Positions 7,865 to 18,409 are shown, numbered from the stretch's first letter. The stretch: DNA of 64,000 bases from an uncultured Christensenellaceae bacterium (GCA_944381315.1 CALWKR010000027.1:16353-80352); one strand, 5' to 3'. Notes: generated from the letters alone by a model not told the origin. Made by a program: numbers and translations.

Positions 7865-8470
7865 ATGAAGAGATCGAAGAGGATCGCGATCACGGCGATA
7901 GGGCTTGCGCTCATCGTCATTTTCGGACTTATGCCGATCAGTTTCGGCACCGCAACGATAGCGTTGACGCTGCTGCCCGTGCTGGTCTTGGCTCTGACGC
8001 AAGATTGGAAGATCACCGCCGTGGCAGGGCTGTTCATGGGCTTGGTGTCGCTCATCGGCGCGTTCACGACGGGAGCCGGCAACGTCACGGCGCCGCTGTT
8101 CCGCAATCCGCTCGTGTCGGTGCTGACGCGAGTGATAGCGCCTCTCGTCGCCCACGGCGTCCAAAAGCTGCTGCTTCTCGCCGAGAGGCGGGGCAAAGAG
8201 CAAGGACATCGTCCGCCCAAGGCCGCCAAGCTGGCGATCGACGCGGTCTCGTCCGCGGTGGGAGTGGTCTCCAACACCGCGCTCGTGCTCGGCATGATCT
8301 GGTTGCTCTACGGCGGCAAGACGGTCGGCGACAGCGCGATCACTCCCGAGTTTATGTCCGCAATGATCTCGATAAACTTTGTCATAGAATTGATCGCGTT
8401 CACGCTGCTTACGCCGCCGATAGTGTTTGCGATCGGTGCGCAGGAGGGCAAAAATGCTTCTGGTAATTGA
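7865..8470 (+). CDS. ECF transporter S component, possibly pantothenate-specific (PanT-like) by context
   Basis: Start moved to ATG 7865 (MKRSKRIAITAIGLALIVIFG), after GCGAGGGA. The protein is multi-TM and overlaps coaX by 17 nt. The substrate assignment is context inference only. Confidence 0.65.
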   Translation: MKRSKRIAITAIGLALIVIFGLMPISFGTATIALTLLPVLVLALTQDWKITAVAGLFMGLVSLIGAFTTGAGNVTAPLFRNPLVSVLTRVIAPLVAHGVQKLLLLAERRGKEQGHRPPKAAKLAIDAVSSAVGVVSNTALVLGMIWLLYGGKTVGDSAITPEFMSAMISINFVIELIAFTLLTPPIVFAIGAQEGKNASGN

Positions 8471-9296
8471 CGTCGGCAACACCAACATCAAGATGGGCGT
8501 CTACAACGGCTCCAAGATGATCCAGTCTTGGCGCATTTCCGTCAAGGTAGAGCGCACATCCGACGAGTTCGGCGCGACGATGAGCACGCTGTTTGCGGGC
8601 AAGAACATCACGTTCGGCGACATCGACGGAGTCATCATGTCCAGCGTCTGCCCGTCGGTCAACTATACGATCGAGCACGCTTGCGAGTACTACATCGGCA
8701 TCAAACCCATCGCCGTCGGCATGGGCATAAAGACGGGGCTCGACGTCAAGTACACCAATCCGCATGAAGTCGGCGCGGATCGCATAGTCAACAGCGTCGC
8801 CGCCTACAAGCTGTACGGAGGCCCGTGCATCGTCGTCGACTTCGGCACCGCGACGACGTTCAATCTCATATCCGCAAAGGGCGAGTTCCTCGGCGGATGC
8901 ATCGCCCCGGGCATCAAGTCCGCTATGGAGTCTCTCGTCAACAACACGGCGAGATTGACCAATGTCGAGCTCGTGCGTCCCGAGAGCATAGTCGGCAAGA
9001 CCACCGAAGCCAACTTGCAGGCAGGCATCATTTACGGCTTCACCGGGCTCGTCAAATACATCATCGCCAAGCTCAGGAGCGACAGCGGACTTGAAGACGC
9101 AAAAGTCGTCGCGACGGGCGGACTCAGCCAGCTCGTTCAATCGGGCGGAGAGAAGATCTTGGACATCGTCGACAGATCGCTCACGTTGAAGGGGCTCAAG
9201 ATCTTGTACGACGCCAACGCCGCGAATATGCCGCAGCACCCCAAAAGACATCAAAGTGCCGATCATCAACACAGGCACGAAAATAATGCGAACTGA
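8454..9296 (+). CDS. coaX: Type III pantothenate kinase
   Basis: MLLVIDVGNTNIKMGVYNG...GADRIVNSVAAYKLYGGPCIVVDFGTATTF...GIIYGF are classic CoaX motifs. Confidence 0.93.
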   Translation: MLLVIDVGNTNIKMGVYNGSKMIQSWRISVKVERTSDEFGATMSTLFAGKNITFGDIDGVIMSSVCPSVNYTIEHACEYYIGIKPIAVGMGIKTGLDVKYTNPHEVGADRIVNSVAAYKLYGGPCIVVDFGTATTFNLISAKGEFLGGCIAPGIKSAMESLVNNTARLTNVELVRPESIVGKTTEANLQAGIIYGFTGLVKYIIAKLRSDSGLEDAKVVATGGLSQLVQSGGEKILDIVDRSLTLKGLKILYDANAANMPQHPKRHQSADHQHRHENNAN

Positions 9297-9344
9297 TCGC
9301 AGATCATCGAAATAATTTTGCCGCAAGGCGCAAAGGAGAAATAT

Positions 9345-10616
9345 ATGAAGAAAGCAGGAGTCGCTATCCTCGGACTCGGAGTGGTCGGAGGCGGTACGCT
9401 CGAAATCCTTCTCGAGAAGAAAAAGCAGATAGCCGAAGAGTACGGCGTGGACCTCACGGTCGTCGCCGTGTTGGACAAGTACAAGGACAAGGTGCTGAAA
9501 TACGGCCTCGATATGGGCATCGTCGCCGACAGCATAGACGATATTTGCGACAATCCCGACGTCGACATCGTCGTCGAGTGCATGGGCGGACTCGAACCGG
9601 CAAAGACCTTCCTCACCAAGGCTTTGGAAGCCGGCAAGAGCATCGTCACTTCCAACAAAGAGATGTTCGCCAAGAGCTGGGTCGACCTCGAAAAGGCTGC
9701 CGCAAAGACGGGAGCAGGGCTCTATTATGAGGCGACGACGGGCGGCGGCATGCCCATCATCCGCGTGATGACGCAGGCAATGCAAGCCAATTCCATCCTC
9801 GAGATCAAAGCCATCATCAACGGCACGACCAACTATATCCTCAGCAAGATGACCCAAGAAGGCGCGGACTATGCCGACGTGCTCAAAGACGCTCAGGCGC
9901 TCGGCTATGCCGAGGCAAATCCGGTCGCGGACGTCGAGGGATATGATTCCAGTTACAAGCTGTCCATCCTCTCGTCGCTCGCGTTCAACAAGCGTCTGCC
10001 CGTCGAACTCATCTCGCGCGAAGGCATCACGGGCATCACCAAAGAGGACATTGCGGTCGCTTCGGATCTGGGCTTTGTCGTCAAGCTGCTCGCGATCGCG
10101 AAGCGCCACGGCGACAAGATCGAGGCGCGCGTCACCCCCGTCTTCCTTGACAAGAACCATCCTCTCGCCAACGTCAACGACTCGTTCAATGCCGTCTTCC
10201 TCGTCGGCGACAACGTCGGAGACATCATGCTCTACGGCAGAGGCGCCGGCGCGCTCCCGACGGGCAGCGCGATCGTCAGCGACATCGTGTTCTGCGCAAG
10301 ACAGGACAAGCATGCGCGCTATTCCGAGATGAACGTCAGCATGACCGAGTCGGACATCGAATACAACTATGAGAGCGACTACTACATCAGGCTCGACGTA
10401 CACGACGTCGTCGGTGTGATCGCGGACATCGCCGCCGTGTTCAAAAAACACAAGGTGTCTATCAGCCAGATGCGCCAGGCGGACAGCAAGGAGATCATTC
10501 CCGTCGTCTTCATCACGCACAAGACCAAGGAGTTCGATATGCGCAGCGCGATCGAGGAGATCGGCAAGCTCAACAATGTCATCGGCGTGCGCAACGTCAT
10601 CCGCGTGGAAAGATAA
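9345..10616 (+). CDS. hom: Homoserine dehydrogenase (with C-terminal ACT domain)
   Basis: Start at ATG 9345, after AAAGGAG. Motifs include MKKAGVAILGLGVVGGG...ATTGGGMPIIRV...NGTTNYILSKM.... Confidence 0.93.
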   Translation: MKKAGVAILGLGVVGGGTLEILLEKKKQIAEEYGVDLTVVAVLDKYKDKVLKYGLDMGIVADSIDDICDNPDVDIVVECMGGLEPAKTFLTKALEAGKSIVTSNKEMFAKSWVDLEKAAAKTGAGLYYEATTGGGMPIIRVMTQAMQANSILEIKAIINGTTNYILSKMTQEGADYADVLKDAQALGYAEANPVADVEGYDSSYKLSILSSLAFNKRLPVELISREGITGITKEDIAVASDLGFVVKLLAIAKRHGDKIEARVTPVFLDKNHPLANVNDSFNAVFLVGDNVGDIMLYGRGAGALPTGSAIVSDIVFCARQDKHARYSEMNVSMTESDIEYNYESDYYIRLDVHDVVGVIADIAAVFKKHKVSISQMRQADSKEIIPVVFITHKTKEFDMRSAIEEIGKLNNVIGVRNVIRVER

Positions 10617-10636
10617 AATCGGGGCATAATCAAGAC

Positions 10637-11089
10637 ATGACACAAGACGCGCTCACACTTCTCGATCGCCTCTGCGACAGTATCGCCGCCGACAAATACG
10701 CGGTGCTGGACAAGTCCGACATCGACGCAGCCGTCCATGGCGACGGCTCCGCCGCGATGCTCGAACTCGTGTCGGGAGGCCATGTGATCAAGAAGTACGA
10801 CGACGGCGAAGAAGTCTGCCTCACCGTCACAGTTAAAGGGCGCAATCTCAATGAAGAGCTCAAAGCCATGTCCCTGCACAGCGACAAAGATTCTACGGTC
10901 GTCCGCACAGACGCGGCGGGCAGGCCGGTCGTCGTCATCGACAACGGGGACAAGGGCTTTGAAAAGCAGATAAAGAAGATCGCAGGCAGCGGAAAGGCGG
11001 CGTTGGTATTCGGGCTGATAGGCGGCTTGATAGGCGGCATCGTCGGCGGCGTCATCGTCGCGTTGATCATGCATTTCGCGCTTGCATAG
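10637..11089 (+). CDS. Hypothetical membrane-anchored protein (wHTH-like N-domain, C-terminal TM)
   Basis: 150 aa. C-terminal AALVFGLIGGLIGGIVGGVIVALIMHF helix. The N-domain resembles that of the next ORF. Confidence 0.55.
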   Translation: MTQDALTLLDRLCDSIAADKYAVLDKSDIDAAVHGDGSAAMLELVSGGHVIKKYDDGEEVCLTVTVKGRNLNEELKAMSLHSDKDSTVVRTDAAGRPVVVIDNGDKGFEKQIKKIAGSGKAALVFGLIGGLIGGIVGGVIVALIMHFALA

Positions 11090-11097
11090 GAGGTAAC

Positions 11098-11454
11098 GTG
11101 CTCAGCAAAAAAGAGACGATGATCATGAAGGCGATCTACTTCAAGGCGATCAAGTCCGAGGGCAAGTGTTTGATGACGCCCACGGAGCTTCTCGAAAAGA
11201 TCCCTTTCAGCAAGAGTTTCAATCGCGAAGATCTGGAACCGTGCCTCAAAACTCTCGTGCTCGAAGATTATTTCGAGCTGATCGACACCGAGAGGAAGGG
11301 GGAGCGCGTCTTTTGCTTCACCCTGCATCAAAACGGCTACGCTTTCGCCCGTCAGATCGAGAGCGAGCAGCGCATGATCAAGCTCAAGATCATTCTCGTC
11401 GTCTTGGGCGCGATAGCTTCCGCCATCTTGACGAGGATAATCGCGGCGATCTGA
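11098..11454 (+). CDS. Hypothetical membrane-anchored protein (wHTH-like N-domain, C-terminal TM), paralog-like to the previous ORF
   Basis: 118 aa, GTG start after GGAGG. C-terminal [21 protein letters not shown] helix. Confidence 0.55.
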   Translation: MLSKKETMIMKAIYFKAIKSEGKCLMTPTELLEKIPFSKSFNREDLEPCLKTLVLEDYFELIDTERKGERVFCFTLHQNGYAFARQIESEQRMIKLKIILVVLGAIASAILTRIIAAI

Positions 11455-11459
11455 CGACT

Positions 11460-13448
11460 ATGTTCGAACTTCACAGCAAATTCAAGCCCTGCGGCGATCA
11501 GCCGCAGGCGATAGAACAGCTCGTCCGGGGCGTCAAGGACGGACTTAGGACGCAAGTGCTTTTGGGCGTCACGGGCAGCGGCAAGACTTTCACTATGGCG
11601 AACGTCATCGCGCAGCTCGACCGCCCGGCTCTCGTCATCGCTCACAACAAAACTCTCGCCGCGCAGCTCTGCAACGATTTTCGCGAATTTTTTCCCAACA
11701 ATAGAGTAGAGTATTTCGTCTCCTATTACGATTATTATCAGCCCGAGGCGTACATTCCGCGCACGGATACCTATATCGAGAAGGATTTGTCAATCAATGA
11801 CGAGATAGACAAGCTGCGCCACTCCGCTACGGGCGCGCTCTGCGAGAGCCGCAACGTCATCGTCGTCGCGTCGGTATCGTGCATCTACGGCCTCGGCGCG
11901 CCTCTCGAATATTATTCGCTCGCGATCTCGCTCCGCCCCGGCATGACGATGGACAGAGAAGAGCTCATCGACAGACTGATCGACATCCAGTACAAACGCA
12001 GCGACATCGAGTTCGAGCGCGCGAGCTTTCGCGTCAGGGGCGACGTCGTCGAGGTATTCCCCGTCGACAGCTCCGAGATAGCGGTGCGCATAGAGTTCTG
12101 GGGCGACGAGATAGACAAGATCGTCCAATTCGATCCTCTGACCGCCAAGCCGATAAGCGAGCTCAAACACATCAACCTCTTCCCGGCGAGCCACTATGTC
12201 GTCGAAAAGTCCAAGAAGGAGCAGGCGCTCGATCAGATCGGCAAAGACATGGTCGAGTGCGTCAAGCAGTTCGAGACCCAGGGCAAGCTCCTCGAAGCGC
12301 AGCGCCTCAAAGAGCGCGTCAGCTACGATATAGAGATGATCCGCGAGATGGGTTATTGCAGCGGGATAGAGAACTATTCGCGCTACTTCGACGGCCGCAA
12401 GCCCGGTCAGCCGCCCTACACGCTGCTCGACTTCTTCCCCAAAGATTTCATTCTGTTCGTCGACGAGAGCCATATGACGTTGCCGCAGCTGCGCGCCATG
12501 TACAACGGCGATCTTGCGCGCAAAGTCAACCTCGTCGACTACGGCTTCCGACTGCCGTCTGCATACGACAATCGTCCGCTGCGCTTTGAGGAATTCGACG
12601 CGCGCGTGGGACAGATGATCTGCGTGTCGGCGACGCCGGGACCATACGAACTCAAAGAGGCGGGGCAGGTGGTGGAGCAGCTCATACGTCCGACGGGACT
12701 GCTCGATCCGCCCGTCACGATACGTCCCGTCGAAGGACAAATTGACGACCTGTTGTCGGAAATCAACGTCCAAACGGCGAAAAAGGGCAGAGTGCTCGTC
12801 ACGACTTTGACAAAGAAGATGGCGGAGAGTTTGACTCAATATCTCGCCGAGCAACACGTCAAAGTCAAGTATATGCACTCCGACGTCGATACGCTCGACC
12901 GCATAGAGATCATCTCGGGATTGCGCAGAGGCGACTTCGACGTGCTCGTAGGGATAAACTTGCTCAGAGAGGGGCTGGATCTGCCCGAAGTTACGCTCGT
13001 CGCCATTCTCGACGCGGACAAAGAGGGATTTTTGCGCAGCGAGACGTCGCTGATCCAGACGATAGGCAGAGCGGCGCGCAACAGCGAGGCGCGCGTCATA
13101 ATGTATGCCGACACGATCACGGGCTCTATGCGCCGCGCGATAGACGAGACGGAGCGCAGACGCGAGAAACAGAGCGCGTACAACGCAGAGCACCACATTA
13201 CGCCGCGCACGATCGTCAAGTCCGTCACCAATACGCTCGAGATCACCAAGAAGCTTTCGGACGAGCCCAAGAAGGGCAAGACGTCGGCGGCGGAGCTGTA
13301 CAAGGAGCTGGACAGGGTGCAGAGCGCAATGAAAGTCGCCGCGTCGTCGCTCGATTTCGAGCTGGCGATCAGGTACCGCGAACAGGCGGCGGAGATCAAA
13401 AAACAGATAGCCGCGCTAGGCAAAAAGGGCGGCTCCAAAAACGCTTGA
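11460..13448 (+). CDS. uvrB: Excinuclease ABC subunit B
   Basis: True start is ATG 11460 ([28 protein letters not shown]...[10 protein letters not shown]), inside the longer 11166 ORF. The UVR domain is at the C-terminus. Confidence 0.97.
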   Translation: MFELHSKFKPCGDQPQAIEQLVRGVKDGLRTQVLLGVTGSGKTFTMANVIAQLDRPALVIAHNKTLAAQLCNDFREFFPNNRVEYFVSYYDYYQPEAYIPRTDTYIEKDLSINDEIDKLRHSATGALCESRNVIVVASVSCIYGLGAPLEYYSLAISLRPGMTMDREELIDRLIDIQYKRSDIEFERASFRVRGDVVEVFPVDSSEIAVRIEFWGDEIDKIVQFDPLTAKPISELKHINLFPASHYVVEKSKKEQALDQIGKDMVECVKQFETQGKLLEAQRLKERVSYDIEMIREMGYCSGIENYSRYFDGRKPGQPPYTLLDFFPKDFILFVDESHMTLPQLRAMYNGDLARKVNLVDYGFRLPSAYDNRPLRFEEFDARVGQMICVSATPGPYELKEAGQVVEQLIRPTGLLDPPVTIRPVEGQIDDLLSEINVQTAKKGRVLVTTLTKKMAESLTQYLAEQHVKVKYMHSDVDTLDRIEIISGLRRGDFDVLVGINLLREGLDLPEVTLVAILDADKEGFLRSETSLIQTIGRAARNSEARVIMYADTITGSMRRAIDETERRREKQSAYNAEHHITPRTIVKSVTNTLEITKKLSDEPKKGKTSAAELYKELDRVQSAMKVAASSLDFELAIRYREQAAEIKKQIAALGKKGGSKNA

Positions 13449-13473
13449 CTTTTTCGGGAGCGAAAGGTATCAT
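13445..13473 (+). promoter_or_regulatory. Internal promoter for uvrA, near-leaderless
   Basis: TTGACT (13445-13450), 17-nt spacer, TATCAT (13468-13473). ATG 13482 lies 8 nt downstream with no SD. Confidence 0.5.
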
Positions 13474-13481
13474 TCAAAAAT

Positions 13482-16295
13482 ATGAGAGAAGATATATTCG
13501 TAAAGGGAGCGAGGGTGCACAACCTCAAAAACATCGACGTGTCCATTCCGCGCGACAAGCTGGTCGTATTCACGGGTCTGAGCGGATCGGGAAAGTCGTC
13601 GCTCGCCTTTGACACGATCTTTGCCGAAGGGCAGAGGCGCTACATCGAGAGCCTCTCTTCGTATGCGCGCCAATTCTTGGGGCAGATGGACAAGCCCGAC
13701 GTCGACTACATCGACGGACTTTCGCCCGCCATTTCGATAGATCAAAAGACTACGTCCAACAACCCTCGGTCCACCGTCGGCACGGTCACCGAGATCTATG
13801 ACTATCTCAGATTGCTCTATGCGCGAGTGGGCGAGGTGCATTGCCCGGTCTGCGGCAAGAAGATAGAGCAGCAGACAGTCGACCAGATCGCCGATCGCAT
13901 CCTCGCGTCGCCGCAGGGGAGCAAGGTCAGGATCGTCGCGCCGATCGTCCGCGGACGCAAGGGCGAATATTCCAAACAGCTGGAACAGCTGCACAAAAAC
14001 GGATATATGCGCGCGATCGTAGACGGCACGGACTACGAGCTCGGCGAAGAGATCAAGCTCGACAAAAACAAAAAGCACAACATCGGCATCGTCGTGGACA
14101 GGCTCGTCGTCAAGGACGGGATAACGCGCCGACTTGTCGACAGTTTGGAGAATGCGCTCAAACTCGCCGACGGTCTCGTCGAAGCGGAGACGGACGGCGT
14201 CATGACGCTCTATTCCACGCTCTACGCCTGCCCCGACTGCGACGTCAGCATCGAGGAGCTGACGCCGAGACTGTTCTCGTTCAACTCGCCCTACGGCGCA
14301 TGCCCCAAGTGCGGAGGCCTCGGCTTTACGCAAGAGATCGACATCAACAAAGTCGTCAAGTGGGACAAGTCCCTCGCCGACGGCGCGGTCGACGTCAGCG
14401 GCTGGTTCATAGATTCGGGCAAGGTGTCGCGCGAGGCTCTCGGAGCGCTCAGCCGCAAGTACGGTTTCAGTCTTCACACCCCCTTCCGCGAGCTGCCCGA
14501 GCAGGTGCAGAACGTCATCCTCTACGGCGACAGCACCAAGATCGAGTACAAGTTCAATACCGCCAACTTCAAGGCGTCGTTCACAAGGAGCTTCGAAGGA
14601 GTCATCAACAACCTCGCGCGCCGCTATCGCGAGACGTCGTCGGACAACGTCAGAATGGACATCGAGAGATATATGCACGACGTTCCGTGCACCGTCTGCC
14701 ACGGCAAAAGGCTCAAGCCCGAGGCGCTGTCGGTCTATGTCGGAGGCAAAAATATCTGGGAGATCTGCAACCTCTCGATCGTCAAATTGGCGGAGTTTTT
14801 CGACAAGCTCAAATTGGGCAAGAGCGAGAGCATCATCGCCGATCAGATCCTCAAAGAGATCTCCGCAAGGCTCAACTTTTTGCTCAACGTCGGACTCGGC
14901 TATCTGTCTCTCGGCAGATCGGCAGGGACGTTGTCGGGCGGCGAGGCGCAGCGCATCAGGCTCGCGACGCAGATAGGCAGCGGCTTGATGGGAGTGCTAT
15001 ATATCCTCGACGAACCCAGCATAGGACTGCACCAGCGCGACAACGACAAGCTGCTCGCGACGCTGTGCAGGCTGCGAGATCTCGGCAACACGCTCATCGT
15101 CGTCGAGCACGATGAAGAGACTATGGAGCGCGCGGATTGGATCGTCGACATCGGCCCCGGCGCAGGAGTGAACGGCGGCGAAGTCGTCGTCTGCGGCACT
15201 CCCGAGGACGTCAAGAATTGTCCGCGCTCGATTACGGGCGCCTATCTGTCGGGCAGAGAGAAGATCGCGGTGCCGAGCGTCAGACGCGCCGGCAACGGCG
15301 AATTCATCACTATCCGCGGCGCGCGCAAAAACAATCTCAAAAACATAGACGTCAAGATCCCTCTCGGCAAGTTCGTCGCGATCACGGGCGTATCGGGCAG
15401 CGGAAAGAGCAGCCTCATCAACGAGATCCTCTATCCCGAACTCGCCGAAAAGCTCAACGGCGCGCGCTATACCGCGATCGAGTGCGACGGCATCGACGGA
15501 GTGGAACATCTCGACAAGGTCATCCGCATCGATCAAAGCCCGATCGGGCGCACTCCGCGCTCCAACCCTGCGACATATACGGGAGTGTTCACCGCGATCA
15601 GAGAGCTGTTCGCCAAGACTCCCGAAGCAAAGGCGCGCGGCTATCAGGCAGGCAGATTTTCGTTCAACGTCAAGGGCGGACGCTGCGAGCATTGCAGCGG
15701 AGACGGCATCCGCAAGATAGAGATGCACTTCCTCTCCGACGTCTACGTTCCGTGCGAAGTCTGCGGCGGCAAGCGCTACAATCGCGAAACGCTGCAAGTC
15801 AAGTACAAGGGCAAGAGCATCTATGACGTGCTCGAAATGAGCGTCGAGGAGGCATGCGACTTCTTTGCCAACATTCCGCAGATCTACAACAAGATCAAGA
15901 CTCTCAACGACGTCGGACTGTCCTATATCAAACTCGGTCAGCCCGCAACTACGCTGTCGGGCGGCGAGGCGCAGCGCGTCAAACTGGCGACAGAGCTGTC
16001 CAAGCGCAGTACGGGCAAGACGATATATATCCTCGACGAGCCCACGACGGGCTTGCATACCCATGACGTAAAGAAACTGATCGCGATCTTGCAGAAGTTC
16101 GCCGACAACGGCAACACCGTCGTAGTCATCGAACACAATCTCGACGTCATCAAGGTCGCCGATCACATCATAGATCTCGGGCCTGAGGGCGGCGACGCAG
16201 GCGGTACGATCGTCGCGCAAGGCACTCCCGAAGAAGTCGCGGCGGATCCGCACAACGAGACGGGCAAGTATCTAAGACCTCGGCTGGGGCTTTGA
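13482..16295 (+). CDS. uvrA: Excinuclease ABC subunit A
   Basis: 937 aa. [46 protein letters not shown]..., with two ABC modules. Confidence 0.98.
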   Translation: MREDIFVKGARVHNLKNIDVSIPRDKLVVFTGLSGSGKSSLAFDTIFAEGQRRYIESLSSYARQFLGQMDKPDVDYIDGLSPAISIDQKTTSNNPRSTVGTVTEIYDYLRLLYARVGEVHCPVCGKKIEQQTVDQIADRILASPQGSKVRIVAPIVRGRKGEYSKQLEQLHKNGYMRAIVDGTDYELGEEIKLDKNKKHNIGIVVDRLVVKDGITRRLVDSLENALKLADGLVEAETDGVMTLYSTLYACPDCDVSIEELTPRLFSFNSPYGACPKCGGLGFTQEIDINKVVKWDKSLADGAVDVSGWFIDSGKVSREALGALSRKYGFSLHTPFRELPEQVQNVILYGDSTKIEYKFNTANFKASFTRSFEGVINNLARRYRETSSDNVRMDIERYMHDVPCTVCHGKRLKPEALSVYVGGKNIWEICNLSIVKLAEFFDKLKLGKSESIIADQILKEISARLNFLLNVGLGYLSLGRSAGTLSGGEAQRIRLATQIGSGLMGVLYILDEPSIGLHQRDNDKLLATLCRLRDLGNTLIVVEHDEETMERADWIVDIGPGAGVNGGEVVVCGTPEDVKNCPRSITGAYLSGREKIAVPSVRRAGNGEFITIRGARKNNLKNIDVKIPLGKFVAITGVSGSGKSSLINEILYPELAEKLNGARYTAIECDGIDGVEHLDKVIRIDQSPIGRTPRSNPATYTGVFTAIRELFAKTPEAKARGYQAGRFSFNVKGGRCEHCSGDGIRKIEMHFLSDVYVPCEVCGGKRYNRETLQVKYKGKSIYDVLEMSVEEACDFFANIPQIYNKIKTLNDVGLSYIKLGQPATTLSGGEAQRVKLATELSKRSTGKTIYILDEPTTGLHTHDVKKLIAILQKFADNGNTVVVIEHNLDVIKVADHIIDLGPEGGDAGGTIVAQGTPEEVAADPHNETGKYLRPRLGL

Positions 16296-16308
16296 GGGCA
16301 AAGTTTTG

Positions 16309-16341
16309 CGGGCACGAATTTTTGTGCCCGTGTTTGTTTTT
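16309..16341 (+). terminator. Rho-independent terminator
   Basis: CGGGCAC (16309-16315) / GTGCCCG (16324-16330), followed by TGTTTGTTTTT. Confidence 0.8.
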
Positions 16342-16346
16342 CGCAT

Positions 16347-16760
16347 TTACAAGATATTTTTCCATTTGAAGGAGAGCAGATTTTTGCTGTTCTCTGCAAG
16401 CGCGGCGATCATCTTTGCGCGAGCCACCGCGTCGTCATCGAGCTGCGCCTGCAAGTCTCCCGACAATTCGCCCAACTGGGGCATTATGTCCTTGACGTCG
16501 GCATTGGGATACATGAATTCGAGTACGTCGCGCGTGTGCGCCCATTGCTCGCGCATTGCGTCCGCGAGCTCCAAAGCGGCTGCGTCGTCGCCTTCGTTTA
16601 TCGCGGCTATCACGCGGTCGCATTGATCGCATATGTCGTCAAAGGCGTCATTCATATAGACCTCTTCCGCGATCCCGAACGCGAGGATCGCCGCCGTCAG
16701 CCCGAGCGCTATCGTCAGCTTGATCCAAAAAAAGTAGTTGGGCTTGGTGCCGCACCTCAT
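16347..16760 (-). CDS. DUF4363 family protein
   Basis: 137 aa, N-terminal TM. It forms the typical partnership (here a 4-nt overlap) with a DUF421 protein. Confidence 0.7.
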   Translation of the reverse strand: MRCGTKPNYFFWIKLTIALGLTAAILAFGIAEEVYMNDAFDDICDQCDRVIAAINEGDDAAALELADAMREQWAHTRDVLEFMYPNADVKDIMPQLGELSGDLQAQLDDDAVARAKMIAALAENSKNLLSFKWKNIL

Positions 16761-17419
16761 TGCGCGCTCTCCACAAGGAATTTGCCGCGGCGCGGCTGCA
16801 AGTAGTATTCGCCGTTGCCGAGGTCGGTCATCAACAGCACTTGCTTGGGCGAAAGTTCGTGGCGGCTCAATACGCTGCGCAGCTTGGCTTCGTCAAAGCC
16901 GCTCTTGTCCAAGTTGTCGTTCATCAATTTGCCGTCGCAGATGAGAGTGTAGGGGATGTCGCGCGGAGCGGGGCGCTCGTCGTCCGTGATCACGGACAGA
17001 TCGCCGTTGGTCTCGACGATCGCATAGCGCACGCAGTCGGGCGAGAATACATCCTTGCTGCGCAGAGCCTCGTTGAGATCGCCGGCAGTCATTTCGAGCT
17101 TGTCGAGAGCGTCGCCGTCGATGCCGTCGGGAGTGATCACGATGACGGGCTTGCCGTTTATCGCACGGCGGAGCTTGACGGACTTCTTGACCATGATCGT
17201 GATCGCGACTTCGGCAATGAACAGCGCGAATATCGGCACGAGACCGTAGACGATCGGCACCTGCGTGTCCGACATCGGGATGCACGCGAGATCTGCCGCG
17301 ACCAACGTGATCGCGAGCTCGAAAGGCTGCAATTCGCCGAGCTGCTTTTTGCCCATAAGCCTAAGTATGATAAGCAAAAACGCATATATTATCAATGTTC
17401 TCACAAACGCCGTCAGCAT
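16757..17419 (-). CDS. DUF421 (YetF-like) membrane protein
   Basis: MLTAFVRTLIIYAFLLIILRLMGKKQLGELQPFELAI... is a typical DUF421 N-terminus. I prefer ATG 17419 over the upstream GTG 17443. Confidence 0.8.
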   Translation of the reverse strand: MLTAFVRTLIIYAFLLIILRLMGKKQLGELQPFELAITLVAADLACIPMSDTQVPIVYGLVPIFALFIAEVAITIMVKKSVKLRRAINGKPVIVITPDGIDGDALDKLEMTAGDLNEALRSKDVFSPDCVRYAIVETNGDLSVITDDERPAPRDIPYTLICDGKLMNDNLDKSGFDEAKLRSVLSRHELSPKQVLLMTDLGNGEYYLQPRRGKFLVESAQ

Positions 17420-17480
17420 ACCGATATTGTGCGCCTGCCGCACGCTTGTATGCGAATTTTCGGCGAGTGGGCGAAAACGA

Positions 17481-17509
17481 GTGACAAACCGACGCCGCTG
17501 TGCTATTAT
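17481..17509 (+). promoter_or_regulatory. Promoter preceding the THF riboswitch
   Basis: GTGACA (17481-17486), 17-nt spacer, TATTAT (17504-17509). Confidence 0.55.
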
Positions 17510-17512
17510 GAT

Positions 17513-17609
17513 AGCGGCAGAGTAAATACGATGCGTTAAGTGTTGAGGGATGGGATGTCGCCCTCAAACGAAAAGCGAAAGCTTGCGGTATCGTGTTGCG
17601 TCCGCTGCG
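17513..17609 (+). promoter_or_regulatory. THF (tetrahydrofolate) riboswitch, folT motif
   Basis: AGCGGCAGAGUAAAUACGAUGCGUUAAGUGUUGAGGGAUGGGAUGUCGCCCUCAAACGAAAAGCGAAAGCUUGCGGUAUCGUGUUGCGUCCGCUGC. The conserved core (AGAGUA, GCGUUAAGUG, AUGGGAUGUCG, AACGAA, GCGGU, UCCGCU) matches my recollection of the THF-I aptamer. The helices co-vary (UUGAGGG/CCCUCAA, ACGAU/AUCGU). It sits upstream of an ECF S component. Confidence 0.88.
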
Positions 17610-17667
17610 AATACAAGCCATTGTTTTTCGTCGGCTCTCTGCCGTATCAATTATTCGGAGGTGCATT

Positions 17668-18333
17668 ATGCGCAGCAAAACTCAACGAATAGCTGATATG
17701 GCAATTTTTGTGGCACTCGGAGTGGTGCTGAATCTTTGCTCATTTCCGTCATTCGGTACTTATCTCGGCAGGATCAGTCTCGTCTATCTGTTCTGCTATC
17801 TCTCGGGATTCATCTTGGGCCCGTGGCAGGGATTTGCGGTCGCTTTCATAGCCGATCTCATTCCCGGACTCGTGTTCCCTCAAGGACCGTATTCCGTCAT
17901 CATCGGGCTGTCCAACGCCGTCATGGCGATGATCGCAGGGCTCTTCAATCGCTATACGTCGTGGAAGACGATCTACAAGCTGCTCGCGACGATGGGAGCC
18001 TGCTTTGTCGTTTGCACTCTCGGACTGACGGCGCTCGGAGAGACGACGAGCATCTTCATCATCCCGATCGGCGACTACGAAGCCGCAAGCCTCTATTCGC
18101 TCTATCCGTACACGCTCGCAAAAGTCGTGATCGGCGAGGGCTGGGGAGTGAGCGAGCCGTATTTGCAGATGATGCTGTCCAAGATGATCTCGCAGCCGCT
18201 GTGGATCGTGCTCAACGGTTTGCTCACATATTTGGTATACGGCAGGCTGACGTCGCTGCTCGAAAAGTCGGGCTACATCAAACCGCGCAAGAAAGAGCCG
18301 TCGGACGGCGAAAAAGCCAGACCGGCGGTCTGA
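17668..18333 (+). CDS. folT: ECF transporter S component, folate family
   Basis: Start at ATG 17668, after GGAGG. The protein is multi-TM. Its placement behind a THF riboswitch supports the folate assignment. Confidence 0.8.
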   Translation: MRSKTQRIADMAIFVALGVVLNLCSFPSFGTYLGRISLVYLFCYLSGFILGPWQGFAVAFIADLIPGLVFPQGPYSVIIGLSNAVMAMIAGLFNRYTSWKTIYKLLATMGACFVVCTLGLTALGETTSIFIIPIGDYEAASLYSLYPYTLAKVVIGEGWGVSEPYLQMMLSKMISQPLWIVLNGLLTYLVYGRLTSLLEKSGYIKPRKKEPSDGEKARPAV

Positions 18334-18346
18334 GTCAAGACATCTG

Positions 18347-18379
18347 TGCGGCGCCGCGATTGCGGCGCCGCATTTTTTT
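18347..18379 (+). terminator. Rho-independent terminator
   Basis: TGCGGCGCCGC (18347-18357) / GCGGCGCCGCA (18362-18372), followed by T7. Confidence 0.85.
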
Positions 18380-18409
18380 GACCTGTATTCGAAAATTCGG
18401 CTTTTTGCA

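Noticed and set aside
8409-10643. 744-aa ORF on the minus strand spanning coaX and hom
   Set aside because: It is antisense to two genes with unmistakable motifs. Its composition is Asp/Arg/His/Val-rich and low in complexity, as is typical of GC-rich antisense frames. It has no SD.
11380-13481. LexA/SOS box (GAAC-N4-GTTC type) upstream of uvrB or uvrA
   Set aside because: Only a GTTCGAAC palindrome inside the uvrB start region was seen. No properly spaced box occurs in either upstream region.
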